Shown here one piece after another: positions 1 to 13,188 of a stretch of 62,000 bases of DNA. The DNA is from Chiloscyllium plagiosum (taxonomy: Eukaryota), in assembly GCF_004010195.1 (NCBI RefSeq), contig NC_057758.1, positions 4,766,043 to 4,828,042 on the forward strand. The letters run 5' to 3'. The notes under the pieces are model-generated. The model searched no databases. It was not told the DNA's origin and worked only from the letters and a program-made list of their open reading frames with translations. The position numbers were made by a program, and so were the translations under genes. Each line of letters starts with the position of its first letter. Position 1 is the stretch's first letter.

Positions 1-1050
1 CCTTGTCGAACGCCTTACTGAAGTCCATATAGATCACATCTACTGCTCTGCCCTCATCAATCCTCTTTGTTATTTCTTCAAAAAACTCAATCAAGTTTGT
101 GAGACATGATTTCCCACGCACAAAGCCATGTTGACTATCCCGAATCAGTCCTTGCCTTTCCAAATACATGTACATCCTGTCCCTCAGGATTCCCTCCAAC
201 AACTTGCACACCATCTAAGTCAGGCTCACCAGTCTATAGTTCCCTGGCTTGTCTTTACCACCCTTCTTAAACAGTGGCACCACGTTTGCCAATCTGCAGT
301 CTTCTGACACCTCACCTGTAACTATCGTTGATACAAATATCTCAGCAAAAGACCCAGCGATCACTTCTCTAGCTTCCTACAGAGTTCTCGGGTACACCTG
401 ATTAGGTCCTGCGGATTTATCCACTTTTAACCGTTTCAAGACATCCAGCACTTCCTCCTCTTTAACCTGGATATTTTGCAAGATGTCACCATCTATTTCC
501 CTATAGTCTATATCTTCCATATCCTTTTCCATAGTAAATACTTATGCAAAATATTCATTTAGTATCTCCCCCATTTTCTGTGGCTCCACTCAAAGGCCGG
601 CTTGCTGATCTTTGAGGGGCCCTATCCTCTCCATAGTTACCCTTTTGTCCTTAATGTATTTGTAAAAACCCTTTGGATTCTCCTTAATTCTATTTGCCAA
701 AACTATCTCATGTCCCCTTTTTGCCCTCCTGATTTCCTTCTTACGTATACTCCTACTTTCTTTATAAAATTCTAAGGATTCGCTCGATCTATCCTGTCTA
801 TACCTCACATATGCTTCCTTCTTTTTCTTAACCAAACCCTCAATTTCTTTACTCATCCAGCAGTCCCTGTACCTACCAGCCTTCCCTTTCACCATGGCAG
901 GAATATACTTTCTCTGGATTCTTGTTATCTCGTTTCTGAAGGCTTCCCATTTTCCAACCATCCCTTTACCTGCGAACATCTCCCTCAATCAGCTTTTGAA
1001 AGTTCTTGCCGAATACCTTCAAAATTGGCCTTTCTCCAATTTAGAACTTG
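1..1050 (-). mobile_element. CR1-clade LINE ORF2 fragment (end of endonuclease region to start of RT), continues off the left edge
   Basis: Minus strand reads KANFEGIRQELSKAD near 1030, the ORF 590-988 linker (IKENPKGFYKYIK...IGPLKDQ) and DVIYMDFSKAFDK at 40-1. Confidence 0.9.
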
Positions 1051-1059
1051 AACGTTTTG

Positions 1060-2130
1060 TGGGAGATATAGTAGTTTGGATCAGTAATTGGCTTGCTGAA
1101 AGAAGACAGAGGATGGTGGTTGATGGGAAATGTTCATCCTGGAGTCTAGTTACGAGTGGTGTACCGCAAGGGTCGGTGTTGGGTCAACTGCTTTTCGTCA
1201 TTTTTATAAATGACCTGGATGAGGGCGTAGAAGGGTGGGTTAGTAAATTTGCAGACGACACTAAGGTCAGTAGAGTTGTGGATAGTGACGAAGGATGTTG
1301 TAGGTTACAGAGAGACATAGATAAGCTACAGAGCTGGGCTGAGAGGTGGCAAATGGAGTTTAATGCGGACAAGTGTGAGGTGATTCACTTTGGTCGGAGT
1401 AACCGGAATGCAAATTATTGGGCTAATGGTGAGATTCTTGGTAATGTAGATGAGCAGAGAGATCTCGGTGTCCAGGTACACAGATCCTTGCAATTTGCCA
1501 TCCAGGTTGATAGGGTTGTTAAGAAGGCATACAGTGTTTTAGCTTTTATTAATAGAGGGATCGAGTTCCGGAACCATGAGGTTATGCTACAGCTGAACAA
1601 AACTCTGGTACGGCCACACTTGGAATATTGTGTACAGTTCTGGTCACCATATTATAAGAAGGATGTGGAAACTTTGGAAAGGGTGCAGAGGAGATTTACT
1701 AGGACGTTGCCTGGTGTGGAGGGGGAAAGGCTGAGGGGCTTGAGGCTGTTATCGTTAGAGAGAAGAAGGTTGAGCGGTGAATTAATAGAGACATATAAGA
1801 TAATCAGAGGGTTAGATAGGGTGGACAGGGAGAGCCTTTTTCCAAGTATGGTGACGGCGAGCACGAGGGGGCATAGCTTTAAATTGAGGGGTGATAGATA
1901 TAGGACAGATGTCAGAGGTAGTTTCTTTACTCAGAGAGTAGTCAGGGTATGGAATGTTTTGCCTTCAACGGTAGTAGATTCGCCAACTTTAAGTTCATTT
2001 AAGTCGTCATTGGACAAGCATATGGACGTACATTGAACAGTGTAGGTTAGATGGGCTTCAGATTGGTATGACAGGACGGCACAACATCGAGGGCCGAATG
2101 GCCTGTACTGCGCTGTAATGTTCTATGTTG
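1060..2130 (+). mobile_element. CR1-clade LINE 3' part (RT C-terminal half plus 3' UTR)
   Basis: GVPQGSVLG, KFADDTK, WQMEFNADKC, VRPHLEYCVQFWSP and FFTQRVV motifs; stop at 2036; tail GGGCCGAATGGCCTGTACTGCGCTGTAATGTTCTATGTT. The first ~55 codons of ORF 894-2036 are antisense of the neighbouring fragment. Confidence 0.95.
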
Positions 2131-2399
2131 CTGAAGAGAGAATTCCAGGTTTTTGCCACAGTTCATCTTTGGTTTCAGTTTCAATCTATGGAAATACTTT
2201 CAATTTATCGATCTTATCTCTCCCTGTTCTATCGAGACGTTTTCCGTTATCTCACCCCTAAACTTTCTAAATTCTGAGATCATTGATTTATTTGCGAGCT
2301 GATGCGTTTTTCTGCTGACGTTTGATCACGTCGTCATGTGCCTACCGTGAAGCGTTCATGGTTTTTCTTGCCTGATATTTATGTGTGCCCGTTTTATGC

Positions 2400-2760
2400 T
2401 ACTTTGGGTTCTCGGCATCTGAAAGGTTTGTCCACGTGATTCATTTCAATGTGTTGATTGAGTTTCGGTTTGAGTTCTAGTCTTCATGGAACTCTCTTGC
2501 GTTTCTCTGCGTTACCTGTGCTCGGATGGTTAAATTGTCCCAGTTGAATTTATGTCCTTCATTGTGTGTGTGGCTGGAAATGCGACAGTACTGGTCGTGT
2601 CTAGTGACACGTAAATACCATACTTTAAAGACCATCAACTCTTCACTCGAGGTGCAGTAATAATAATAGTAATAATAGTAATACCTAGTGAGGCTATGAA
2701 ACGCCTTATGGAAAATGCGCCAGCTCAGCGAACGAATCTACAAACTCACCGACAACCCGA
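2400..2760 (-). mobile_element. Penelope-like element remnant (GIY-YIG C-terminal region with adjacent terminal-repeat-like piece)
   Basis: Minus 2605-2450 translates TRHDQYCRISSHTHNEGHKFNWDNLTIRAQVTQRNAREFHED*NSNRNSIN, the H-x-F-x-W-D-N...AREFLE..SIN pattern of Penelope C-termini. Confidence 0.7.
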
Positions 2761-3486
2761 GATAAAAAGAAATTGCATCTAAATGTTATATAGTACAGGC
2801 ATAGTGTGTCTAACCTTTCCTCAGAGTATAACTTCCGACGTCCTGGGATCATCCTTTGTGAGCCCCCAGAACCCGCATCAAGTCCAATACCTTCTTCCAA
2901 AGGTCGGGTGCCCAAATCTACTGCCTACACTTTCAGAGAACTAATGACTTGGATCACGAGATCCTTCTATATAGTGTTGACAAAACACTTCAATGTTATG
3001 AGGATTTCTGCCTCGACTATTCTTACATGCTGCCTGGCCTGCTGTGTCCTTCCAGCCTCTTGCCTGTCTATTTTAGAATCCACTGTCATCAGATTTTGTT
3101 TTGTCTCTCAACCATCCTGACAGGCAGTGAGTTGCAGATTCCTAACATGCTCTAGTTAAAAAATAACTCTGTAGTCTCTCATATGATCGGAGCAATGCAA
3201 TAGCCTTGCCCGTAAATCGATGCCACCGGCCATTGAGCCTCACATGGAAAGGAATCCTTTTTCTCTTGTCTATCCTGCCTATTCCTCTCACCGTTTTTAG
3301 ATTTCAGTCATGTCTAGTCCCGATCTCCTCTGTTCAAAGGAAAACAACTTCAGTCTGTCCAATCTCACTTTATACCTAAATCTCTCCAGGGCAGTGAGCA
3401 TGCTGGTCATAATGTCACAAACTGCACTACATACAGTGCTACTGCATTGCTCCGATCATACGGCTTCCAGCAGTGCACACAGTACT

Positions 3487-3796
3487 GGGCGGCACGGTGG
3501 CACAGTGGTTAGCACTGCTGCCGGGTTCAATTCAGGCGACTGACTGTGTGGAGTTTGCACATTCTCCCCATGTCTGCGTGGGTTTCCTCCAGGTGCTCCG
3601 GTTTCCTCCCACATTCCAAAGATGTACTGGTCAGGTGAATTGGCCACGCTAAATTGCCTGTAGTGTTAGGTAAAGGGGTAAATGTAGGGGAATGGGTGGG
3701 TTACGCTTAGGCGGGTCGGTGTGGACTTGTTGGGCCGAAGGGCCTGTTTCCACACTGTAAGTAATCTAATCTAATCTAATCTAATCTAATCTAATC
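3487..3796 (+). mobile_element. tRNA-derived shark SINE (HE1-type), internal deletion between A and B boxes
   Basis: GGGCGGCACGGTGGCACAGTGG head, GGTTCAATTC B box, shared core, (AATCT)n tail. Confidence 0.9.
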
Positions 3797-5899
3797 TACT
3801 CTCACTGCGGCGTGAGCAATGTTATGTATAACAGCATAACCGTTCTCAGTGCTTCACGACTGATTCAGATAATGAGGTCATCACAGAAGCAGAGCCTGAG
3901 ATTGAGACTGAGCCATGATCAGTTGAATAGAAGCTCCTCAAAACATTGTTTTTTTTTCTACTTGGAGACCTATTTGGGGGAGAGCCTGTCAATGCCTGAG
4001 GGATGGATCACACGCTGGATTTGAGCATGATTTCCAATCTTATGAGAAGATCTACCAAGTTGATACAAGGGACAGTCTCATGAGGAGACTTTCAGTAGGT
4101 TGAAACTGTATTCACTGGAGTTTAGGAGAGGGAACTGTATTTAAATATACAAGATCGATTAGTAACTCCATAGGGTAAATGAGGAGAGGTCATTTCCTTT
4201 GTGGGAGCGAAGTTAGTACGAGAGGGCTTGTTGTCAGCATGAGGAGATGCCCACACAGATGAAAAGGAAACTCTTGTCTCAGAGGACACTGACTGGGATT
4301 ACTTAACACAGAGGGAGGGGAGGATTGAAGGCTGTGATTGAGAAAATGTTAATCTGAAAAGGAATCGATGATGTGAGCATAAAAGGAGAACTGCGGATGA
4401 TGAGATTGGCCATGATACCATTAGATCGCTGAGCAGTCTCGATGGGCTGTGAGTCTGTGGTGATAGTTTCGTATTTGAGAGTACAGATCGTACTCTAGGT
4501 GTGATCGAACTTGCACGACGTTAATGAGTCATCGCTCCGCCTGAACTCCATGCCTCCTGCAATAAAGGCCGACACACCATGGCTTGCTTCAAAAGAGGCA
4601 GTGAAACAACTGGCGATTCGCAATGAGGATACGGATTACAAACAGGTGAGAAAGAGACTGAGACAGGACGGCGACCGGCGCCGCTTCAGAGGTAAACAGT
4701 GAAGAAAACAAAGGCAGATCGCACGAATTGTTTAACCATTAGGAGACGACTGGTTGAGGTTTAACCAGAAGGGCACCACTCCCCAGGATGCAGGTGAACC
4801 TTTGGATGTCGGGTCTGCGGTTATTTCTGAGTTGCAGGAAGGACGCGAACGTTCTGTCGCCAAAATTGCAGACGAGGTACGGGTCCAAGGTTAGGCCGAG
4901 AAATCAACAGATCAGGCAATGGTGTGGGGGTGGGGGAAAAGAAATGGCAACGATGCAGAATGCGGGAATACGTGACATTTTTTAGTTGCATGGGTTTCAG
5001 GGATTATGTCGAGAGAGGCTGAATACACTGGGGCTTTTTTTTTCCTGCAGGGCCAGCGGCTATAGTGCGACCTTACAGAGGTGTACACAATCATGGTGGG
5101 CACAGACTCATAGAGTCATTCAATCCTAACAGAATGGCAACAGTGACTTTAACCCAAGAAGTCACCACAAAGCTGCTGAAGTGCAACCCTCGCCCCCCCC
5201 CCCCAAACCCCTTCCCCTACCCTATTATCCTGTAATTAGCCTTGACTAATGCACTTGACCTACACATCCTTGAAAACTGTGGACTATTTCCCATGGCCAA
5301 TTGACCTAAACTGCACATCTTTAGAATGTGGGAGGAAACCAGAGCACCCGGAGGAGGCCCACCAAGACACAGGATAAGGAGGCAAGGTATTTCCGCTGAG
5401 TTGTGGCATCCAGAACTCGATAACGTAAGTTAGAGTGAGAGGGGAAAGATTTAAAAGGAAAAAAAAAGACTTGTCACACAAACGATGGCGCGTGCATGGG
5501 ATGAGCTGCCAGAGGAACTGATGGATACTGCTACAGTTCGAACATGTGAAACATACTTGGATGAGTAGATGAATAGAAAGTGTTTAGAAGGAGAGGGCCG
5601 AGGTCCTGACAAAGGGGACTAGGTTCGTTCAGAATGTTTCAGCAACAGGATTCGAGAAAGCACAAGCCAGGCCGAAGTGGGAAGGTAAGTTTTAACATAA
5701 ATAATTGCCTCGTGAAAAGTCAGAGCTATGGAAGAACTTGAAGGGAATCGAACAGGGTGACTGCTGGGCAAAGAAATTAATATGTTTGGGTAGTAGCTAA
5801 ATCCGGAGCACGGCACGTGTAATGTCTCCCACCCATCCGCCTCTTCGAATCAATAAAAGAAGATGTTATGTGGGCTGTTGGTGGGGCAAGTTTGCATTT

Positions 5900-8400
5900 T
5901 CATTAATCTCTTTTGGCATTGCAGAGCAGAGGAAACGTAGCTGAGTGCAGTTATTTGCTCTTCTGGCAGAATGTGAGAGGTAAGGGTCCTCATTAGTGTC
6001 CCTGCTGACTTAACATCAGAGAAGTGCGCCCAAATGTAGCCCCTCACAAACTGCAGGAGGGAACTGGAGCTGGATGCGCCTGAAATTCAGGTCACTCGGG
6101 AGGCTGAGGGTGTGATAGAAAAGGTTTAAATGAAGATAGCCAAACCTAAGTCACGTGATATAGGCAGCTTGGTGACCGTCAGGAGAGGGAACAGGAGAGG
6201 CAGACAGTGCATGGATTCACTTTGGCCATCCCTCTCGGTAATAGGTCGTCAGCTTTGGATACTCATAGGGTGTCGACCTACTAGGGTAAAGCCATAGTGG
6301 CCAGTTTTCGGGCACTGAACCTGGCTCTGTGGCTCAGAAGGGAGGGAGGGGAAAATAGGAGAACAGTACTATGCAAAAGGCGATTAATTGTTAGAACAGA
6401 CAAGGGAATCAATGGTCGTGAAAGACACTCCCGGATGGAATGTCGCCTTCCCAGGTTCCAGAATATCTCTGATCCAGTCTACAGAATTCATAAGGGGGTG
6501 AGGAAGTAACCAAAATTCCTGGTACATATCGGGACCAATAACAAAACTCAGAAAAAGTGATGAGGACCTGGAAAGTGAATATAGGGAGTTAGGTTGGAAG
6601 CTAAAAGGAAGGGGGAGTAGAGTCATAATCTCAGAATGGCTATCGGTGCAACGGGCTAGGGAGGTGAGGAACAGAGAGCAAGTACAGCTGAACACATGGC
6701 TGGTGTGAGAGGGACGGTTTCGGATACATGGATCATTGCGAGATCATCCGGGGCAAGGTGCAATTGTACAAGGAGGAAGGATTGCACCTGAACTGGAGGA
6801 ACACCAATACACTTGACAGGAGATTTACAAGAGGTTTTCAGAAAGTTTTAAATTCGTTTGGCAGGGGTCGTGAACCGGATTAACGGATCAGAGGATGGGG
6901 TAACTGGTAAAAATACAGAAACTGCGTGTGGAGAGCCTGTGTGGAAGTATAGACAATTGTTGCGGCAAAGTTACAGGCAGTGTGATGGGTTGTAGTGTGT
7001 CTATTTTCACACAAGGAGTTTCAGAATGAGGGCGATGAAATTAGAGCACGTATCTTTAAATTAAGGGGGGGTAGGTATAGGACAGATGTTAGGGGTAGGT
7101 TCTTTACTCAGCGAGTCGTGAGTTCATGGAATGCCCTGCCAGTAGCAGTGGTGGACTCTCCCTCATTATGGGCATTTAAGCGGGCATTGGATAGGCATAT
7201 GGAGGATAGTGGGCTAGTGTAGGTTAGGTGGGCTTGGATCGGCGCAACATCGAGGGCCGAAGGGCCTGTACTGCGCTGTATTCTTCTATGTTCTATGTTC
7301 TATCTGTATTTGAAGCGACGATTTTGTGTCCATTACTTCGACCGAGATATCAGTGGCGGGAATGGTTTTTGAAAGTTGCGCGGTTTGATTTTTCAAGAGG
7401 AATATGGTGGTGGGTGGGTAAAGGAGGTGGGGGAGTCACATTGCTAATCATTGAGAATATCACAGTTATAGAAAGTAGATTTCCCGATTGTCTGAGTCTG
7501 TGTGGGTGGAAATCATAAGCAGGAAAGGAGCAATGACTTTATTGGAAGCTTTCTGTAGACATTCTAATAGAAACAGGGACTCGGAGGATCAGATCGCGAG
7601 GCAGAACTTTGTAAGATGTTGAAGTAACACAGTGGTGACTTCAACTTCCATAATATTGATTGGAACCTGCTTACTGCAAATAGATTCGATCGATCGAATT
7701 TGTTCATGTGTGTCCAGAAGGGATTCCTGTCTCAGTGTCTAGATAGGTCTAGAAGGGAGGGCATATTGGATTTGGGGCTCGGCAATGAACCAGGTCATGC
7801 GTCAGATCGATTGGTTGGGGGTGAATTTCAGTGATAATCATCACAACTCCCTGAACTTTACTATAGTCTTGGAGAAGGATAGGAACAGACGGTATGAGAA
7901 CGTATTTAACTGGAGGAGGGGGAATTGCAATGGAAGTGTGGAACATAATGTGGGAGTAAGTATTTTCAGAGAGACGCACTCAGAGATGGAGATTGTTTAG
8001 GGAGCTCTTGCTGCGAGTGCTAATTGGTTGTCCCACTTAGGCAAGGAAAGGATGGAAGGGTGAAGAAATTATTGATGACAATAGATGTGGAACTACGAGT
8101 GAAGAGGTACAAGGTAGCGTGCTTAAGGTACAGGAAGAAAGGAACAGACAGAACTCCAGAGAGTTAGAAGTTATCCAGGAAGGAACTGAAGAATAGACTC
8201 AGGAAATGGGTCGTGTTAAGCCTTGACGGGTAGGATTATGGAAAAACCTAAAGTGTTCTACACTTATGTGAGTGATTGTAGGGCCGAACAGGGATATCGA
8301 GGGAACTTGTGCCTGGAGTTGGAGGAGGTCGGAGAGATGTTTTGTGAATACTTTGCTTCAGTATTCACTACTGAGAGGGACTTGTGTGTAAGAACAACTG
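5900..8400 (+). mobile_element. Decayed CR1-clade LINE 5' half: ORF1 SGNH-esterase domain and ORF2 endonuclease
   Basis: LVHIGTN (~6520) and GLHLNWR (~6780) esterase motifs, then GDFNF..IDW (~7635) and SDNH (~7830) endonuclease motifs; many stops and frameshifts. Confidence 0.8.
7054..7303 (+). mobile_element. Young 5'-truncated CR1-type LINE 3' end nested in the older LINE
   Basis: KLRGGRYRTDVRGRFFTQRVV; (TTCTATG)n tail; nearly identical to the copy at 27928-28370; TATCT at both ends. Confidence 0.9.
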
Positions 8401-8409
8401 GCTGATATG

Positions 8410-10110
8410 GTCGATGGTATATACTCCAACTTGCTACGGAAAGTGAGGGAAGCGATTGAAAGCAGACTGAGGGGGTGGTGTTTGGGCGGATTGGATTGGT
8501 CCTGCCATTGCCGAGTGAATGCTGGTGTTGTAGTGTATTGGAACAGCTAGGCGAGGAAAGTTAAAAGGTCAGGAGCACACATCTTCAGTGTTATTGCTGG
8601 AATTTGGTCTGGGCTCGTAGACTTTGCAGTATCCATAGAACATAGAACATAAGAATACAGCGCAGTACAGGCCCTTCGGCCCTCGACGTTGCGCTGATCC
8701 AAGCCCACCTAACCTACACTAGCCCACTATCCTCCATATGCCTATCCAGTACCTCCATTTTTGATATCACGTGGAGTGAATGTAATTGACTGAAGAATGG
8801 TTTGTATAATTTTGAGGATCACTGGAGGAGGCCTAGATGAATCGCCCACTCTGTACTTCTGGTAAAGATAGCTGCGAAAGCTTTAGGCTTATCTTTTGCA
8901 GTAATGGAGTGAACTCTTCCATTATTGAAGATGAGGATATCTGTAGAGCCTCCTCCTCCAGTGATTTGTTTAAATATAAACAACTAGATGTGCAGGATTG
9001 CAGAGATGCGACCTTATCCATTAGTTGTGGGATCGTTTGGCTCTGTCTATCAGTAGTTGCTTATTTTGCTTGACATGCACGTAGTCTTATTTGTTGACTT
9101 CACAAGGTTGACACCTCATCTTCAAGTGCGCCTCTCTCTGCTCCTGACATGCACGCCTGAAAACTTCATTGATCCCGGGCTGATTCCCCAGTCTCAATGG
9201 TCATGGTTGACTGGGCGATATGCTAGGCCATGAGGTTACAGTTTGTGCTGAAGTGCAGTTGTTCTGCTGTTGTTGGCCTCTAGCGCTTCATAGCTGCCGA
9301 GTCTTGAGTTGCCAGAGCATTCTTAATTCTGTTACGTGTAGAACGGTGACAGTGGCAAACAGCACAATTTTCAGAGTGAAGGCCGGACACAGTTTCCACA
9401 AGGACTGTAAGGTGGCTGCTCTCGCCGATCCTGCCATGGACAGATGCAACATGCACCTGTCAGATTGGTAAAGATAAGATTAAGTATTTTCTTCCAGTCG
9501 TTGGTTCAGTCATCACCTACCTTTCCTTTCTTTTTGACCAGACTAGCTTGATCAGTGGTACTGCTGCTGTGCCACTCTTGATGGTGGAAATTTAAATCAC
9601 CACCCAGTGTGCAATTTTTCATTTGCCATCCTTAGTCTTTCCTCTAAGTGTTGTTCAACATAAAGGAGTATCGATTTATCAGTTGAGTGAAGATGATACG
9701 TGGAAATCAGCAGGAGGTTTCCTTTTCCTTTTACCACCTGAAGCCACGAGACTTCACTGAGTCCGGATTCAGTGTTGAGGACTCCCAGAACAACTCCCTC
9801 TCGACTGTATATCACTGCGGCGCTACCTCTGCTAGCTCAGTCCTGCCGGTGCGACATAGGGATGGTGATGGTGGGGTCTGGGCTATAGTCTGTAAGCTAT
9901 GACTTCGTGAATATGTCAGGCTTTTCCTTGACTATTTTTTTGCGACAGCTCTCCGATGTTTGGCACATGCCTACAGATTAAAAAGGAGGACTTTGCAGGG
10001 TCATCAGCATTGTTTGTGCTATTATGTTTCGCGGTGGCCAGTTCGATGCCAGATGTCCAGTCTGGCCACATCTCTTTTGATAGTTGGGAGGGATTTATAC
10101 AAGTGAATGG
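8410..10110 (-). mobile_element. Old degraded LINE (endonuclease/linker region)
   Basis: Minus-strand EVSWLQV...GNLLLISTYH...LLYVEQHLEE endonuclease-like segment (ORF 9597-9815); a similar plus-strand remnant lies at ~51270-51780. Confidence 0.6.
8634..8748 (-). mobile_element. Very short young LINE 3' end
   Basis: Reverse complement of the tail of 7054-7303; TATCCA at both ends. Confidence 0.85.
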
Positions 10111-10818
10111 CTCACTCGGCCTTTTGAGTCTGCGAATGAGAATCAGCTGCATGTCAGTGGATTTGGAATCATGTGTAGGCCAGACTAGGGTGGCAGATTT
10201 GCTTCCATGAAAGACATTAATGAATCATTCAGGGTTTTCTCATAATTCACAAGGCTTTTATAGTCGCCAGCAGATTCCTAATTTTTTTTTCATTGAATCC
10301 AAATTCCATCTGCCTTGGCGGGATTACAACCCACGTACCCAGAAGGTTACCTGGGTAACTGGGTCTCTTGCGATATTACCACGGGGCCAAAGCCTTCCTG
10401 TTATGATTATTTAAAACGCATGCTATTGATCCTCTCCTCCAAACCACTAATGGCACCAACAAATAACAGACATTCTTCCTTCTGAACGAACATTGTCGCC
10501 ATTTTAAAGTTAGTCTTGTGCTTGATACTTCTTATTAGATGTGGGAGTTGGATCAATGAAATTGATACTTCCATGGCATCAAAAGATCCCCCAGTCCCCG
10601 TCCCATTGTTGTTACATCTTTAAGAGTAACCCAGTGTGTTAGAATAAACTGGAGACTGATCTCTCCTCAGGGAGAGTAAAAGCCTGGAGATTGACACAAT
10701 TCACTGAAATACTTTCATTTCAGGGGTGCGAAGAGTAAGTTCCTCTGAGCATTATGTACAGGGGATCGGTCAGGTAAGTATTTACCCCAACACGAACCTC
10801 ACGAGCCACACGGCTCGT

Positions 10819-11144
10819 GGGCGGCACGGTGGCACAGTGGTTAGCACTGTTGCCTCGCAGCGCCAGAGACCCGGGTTCAATTCCCGCCTCAGGCGACTGA
10901 CTGTGTGGAGTTTGCACGTTCTCCCCGTGTCTGCGTGGGTTTCCTCCGGGTGCTCCGGTTTCCTCCCACAGTCCAAAGATGTGCAGGGCCAGGTGAATTG
11001 GCCATGCTAAATTGCCCCGTAGTGTTAGGTAAGGGGTAAATGTAGGGGTAGGGGTATGGGTGGGTTCGCTTCGGCGGGTCGGTGTGGACTTGTTGGGCCG
11101 AAGGGCCTGTTTTCACACTGTAATGTAATCTAATCTAAAAAAAA
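10819..11144 (+). mobile_element. Full-length HE1-type SINE
   Basis: A box TGGCACAGTGG, B box GGTTCAATTCC, core, AATCT/A tail. Confidence 0.95.
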
Positions 11145-11349
11145 CCTCTCCACGCAGTCTCTCAGAGTTTAACTAAGCCTGCACTGTCTCACCGTATGCA
11201 CAGGAAAGCGTCCAGCACTTCATTGTGCACATATGTGTTCCCCTCAACACACAAGCTGCAAACCGTCCACCGTCAAAATATCAGTTGACATTATCTGGAG
11301 GCGTTGTGTTTCTATGCACACACGTGCCACAATGTCAATTATCCAAACA

Positions 11350-11640
11350 GTGTCCAACACTTACTTTCCGTTGGCATAATTTGATACGATTCTACAAGAT
11401 CGTTTCTCATTACGATTAATTCTAACGAGTACATTCTCACACGGCTCAACCTCTCCTCATCGGGTAACCCTCTCGTATCCAGAATCAATCCGATGAACCT
11501 CCTCTGCACCGCCTCCAAAGCCAAGATATCCTTCCACTTGTAAGGAGACCAGAACTACGCATAATGCTGCAGATTCAGCCTCACCAACACCTTGCACTAA
11601 CTGCAGCACAACTTCCATGTCAATTAAATGTGTCCATACA
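11350..11640 (-). mobile_element. Degraded CR1/L2-type LINE RT C-terminal fragment
   Basis: ALEAVQRRFIGLI...EERLSR..MYSLE on the minus strand. Confidence 0.7.
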
Positions 11641-13188
11641 CATGAGAGAAGGATGCAGAGGAGTAGAAGAAAGAGTCCAGCAGGGAAATGAGCGAAAGAT
11701 TCCGACATTGCAAAGTTATTTATGAGCACAATTATCGCCTATTCCAGCACGAAAGGATAAGTTGTTAGACTTGGCTCTTGGTTGTTTGATCACGTGTATC
11801 AAGTGACAGAACATTTAGGAGATAGCGATCATTGCATCGGAAAATTCAGGTTGATCTTGGAAAAGGGCAATGCCCGTTTGAGAATATGATTCAGTAGAGA
11901 GATGTCTTGAATGGGGCAGGAACAGAGGGGGAGTGGGAAACTTGCAACGGACATTTGGTAGGACAGGCTATTAAGGAGGGGATGATTTAAGTGCAATCAA
12001 GACTGCCTTTCTCAAGCTAAAAAATGAAGACTAACAAATCCAAAGTGGTTGAAATAGGAGAAAGGATAAATGAAGAAATGTGCATTGATGACAAATGTTA
12101 CGCTGGAAGACAGGCGATTCAAGGGTAAGTGTCGAGAAGCTACGGGGCTAATTGAGAAAAGAAACGGTGTCCTACCGTACTCCAACGGTGGAGAAACAGT
12201 CACAAAAGTGCAAACAGAAGAAGTAGAGAAAATTAGAGACAAAAACACACAGAAACAGAGAACAGGCATTTTTTATTATGGACCTCAATGATGTGGCAGT
12301 AACCGTCACAGGTGGCGCCAAGTTAGGCAGGGATGTATGCTCCGAAGAATACACAACCAGATTGCAGATTCGCAAAGGTAGTTTGTGAATCCAGCAGCTG
12401 AACCATAAGGTGGCAAAATGTAAAGTTGATCGATTAAGCAAATAATGTTAAAACTAAGAGCAAATATTATTGCAAAATTCTGAAGTGCAGAGGGATTTAC
12501 ATGTTCAGGTGCAAGAATCATGAGGTGTTATTGTATAAACAGAAAGAAAAAGAAGGAGACTGTTTGGGAGCTTTCCTGTGTGACGAGAATGAGGCAACAT
12601 GAATGTCACGCTTTCGTTACGCAGGGTGCTGGAGAGCATCTGTAATACCGTGTGGTGTTCTGGACTCTGCATTGAAAAAAAAAAAAGGGTTATATATGTG
12701 TCAGAGTTGGCACAGAGAGCATTTTCCTGGATTGATCCCTGGAATGAGTGGGCTGTTTGAGTAGAAAGCTCGGACGTAATGGGTGTGCTCCCACAGCATT
12801 TGTGAAGAGTGACTGGTTAAGGTTTGATCTGGTTGAGCCGTCTAGACAAGGCAAGTGTGGTTAGGGTAGTCTCCTGGTTTGGGTCAGCCGACACCATGAG
12901 GAGCACTGAGGTAAAATTGGTGGTGGGGAGGAATCACCCTTACAGGCAGACATAAGGGTTCTCTGCCTCTCTCTAAGTTGATCCCCCTTAGTGTATATTG
13001 GCTTCAGATTCCTCTGCAGAAATCCCTGTAAGGGTCATTACAAAGTACTTTTCAAGCCCACGAGCATTATCTTGTACAAGGAGAAGGATAGCGGACAGGC
13101 AGATAAACCGGCAGAGAATAGAATGCTCCAAACCAGATTGAGGCAAATAGGATTCGTTTTATATTGGTGACATTATATTTGGCCCACA

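Noticed and set aside
894..2036. 380-aa ORF as a host gene with a hydrophobic N-terminus
   Set aside because: It is a chimera of antisense LINE sequence and a LINE RT C-terminus, with an internal deletion near LPGVEG/ERL.
10819..10890. tRNA genes at the SINE heads
   Set aside because: The A and B boxes are fused to the SINE core and tail, so these are tRNA-derived retroposon heads.
11170..11260. Minus-strand CAG|CTTGTG segment reading CVLRGTHMCTMKCWTLSCAY as a second defensin exon
   Set aside because: Spacing C-x7-C-x3-C-x4-C without a terminal CC does not fit; the acceptor is weak and no leader exon was found.
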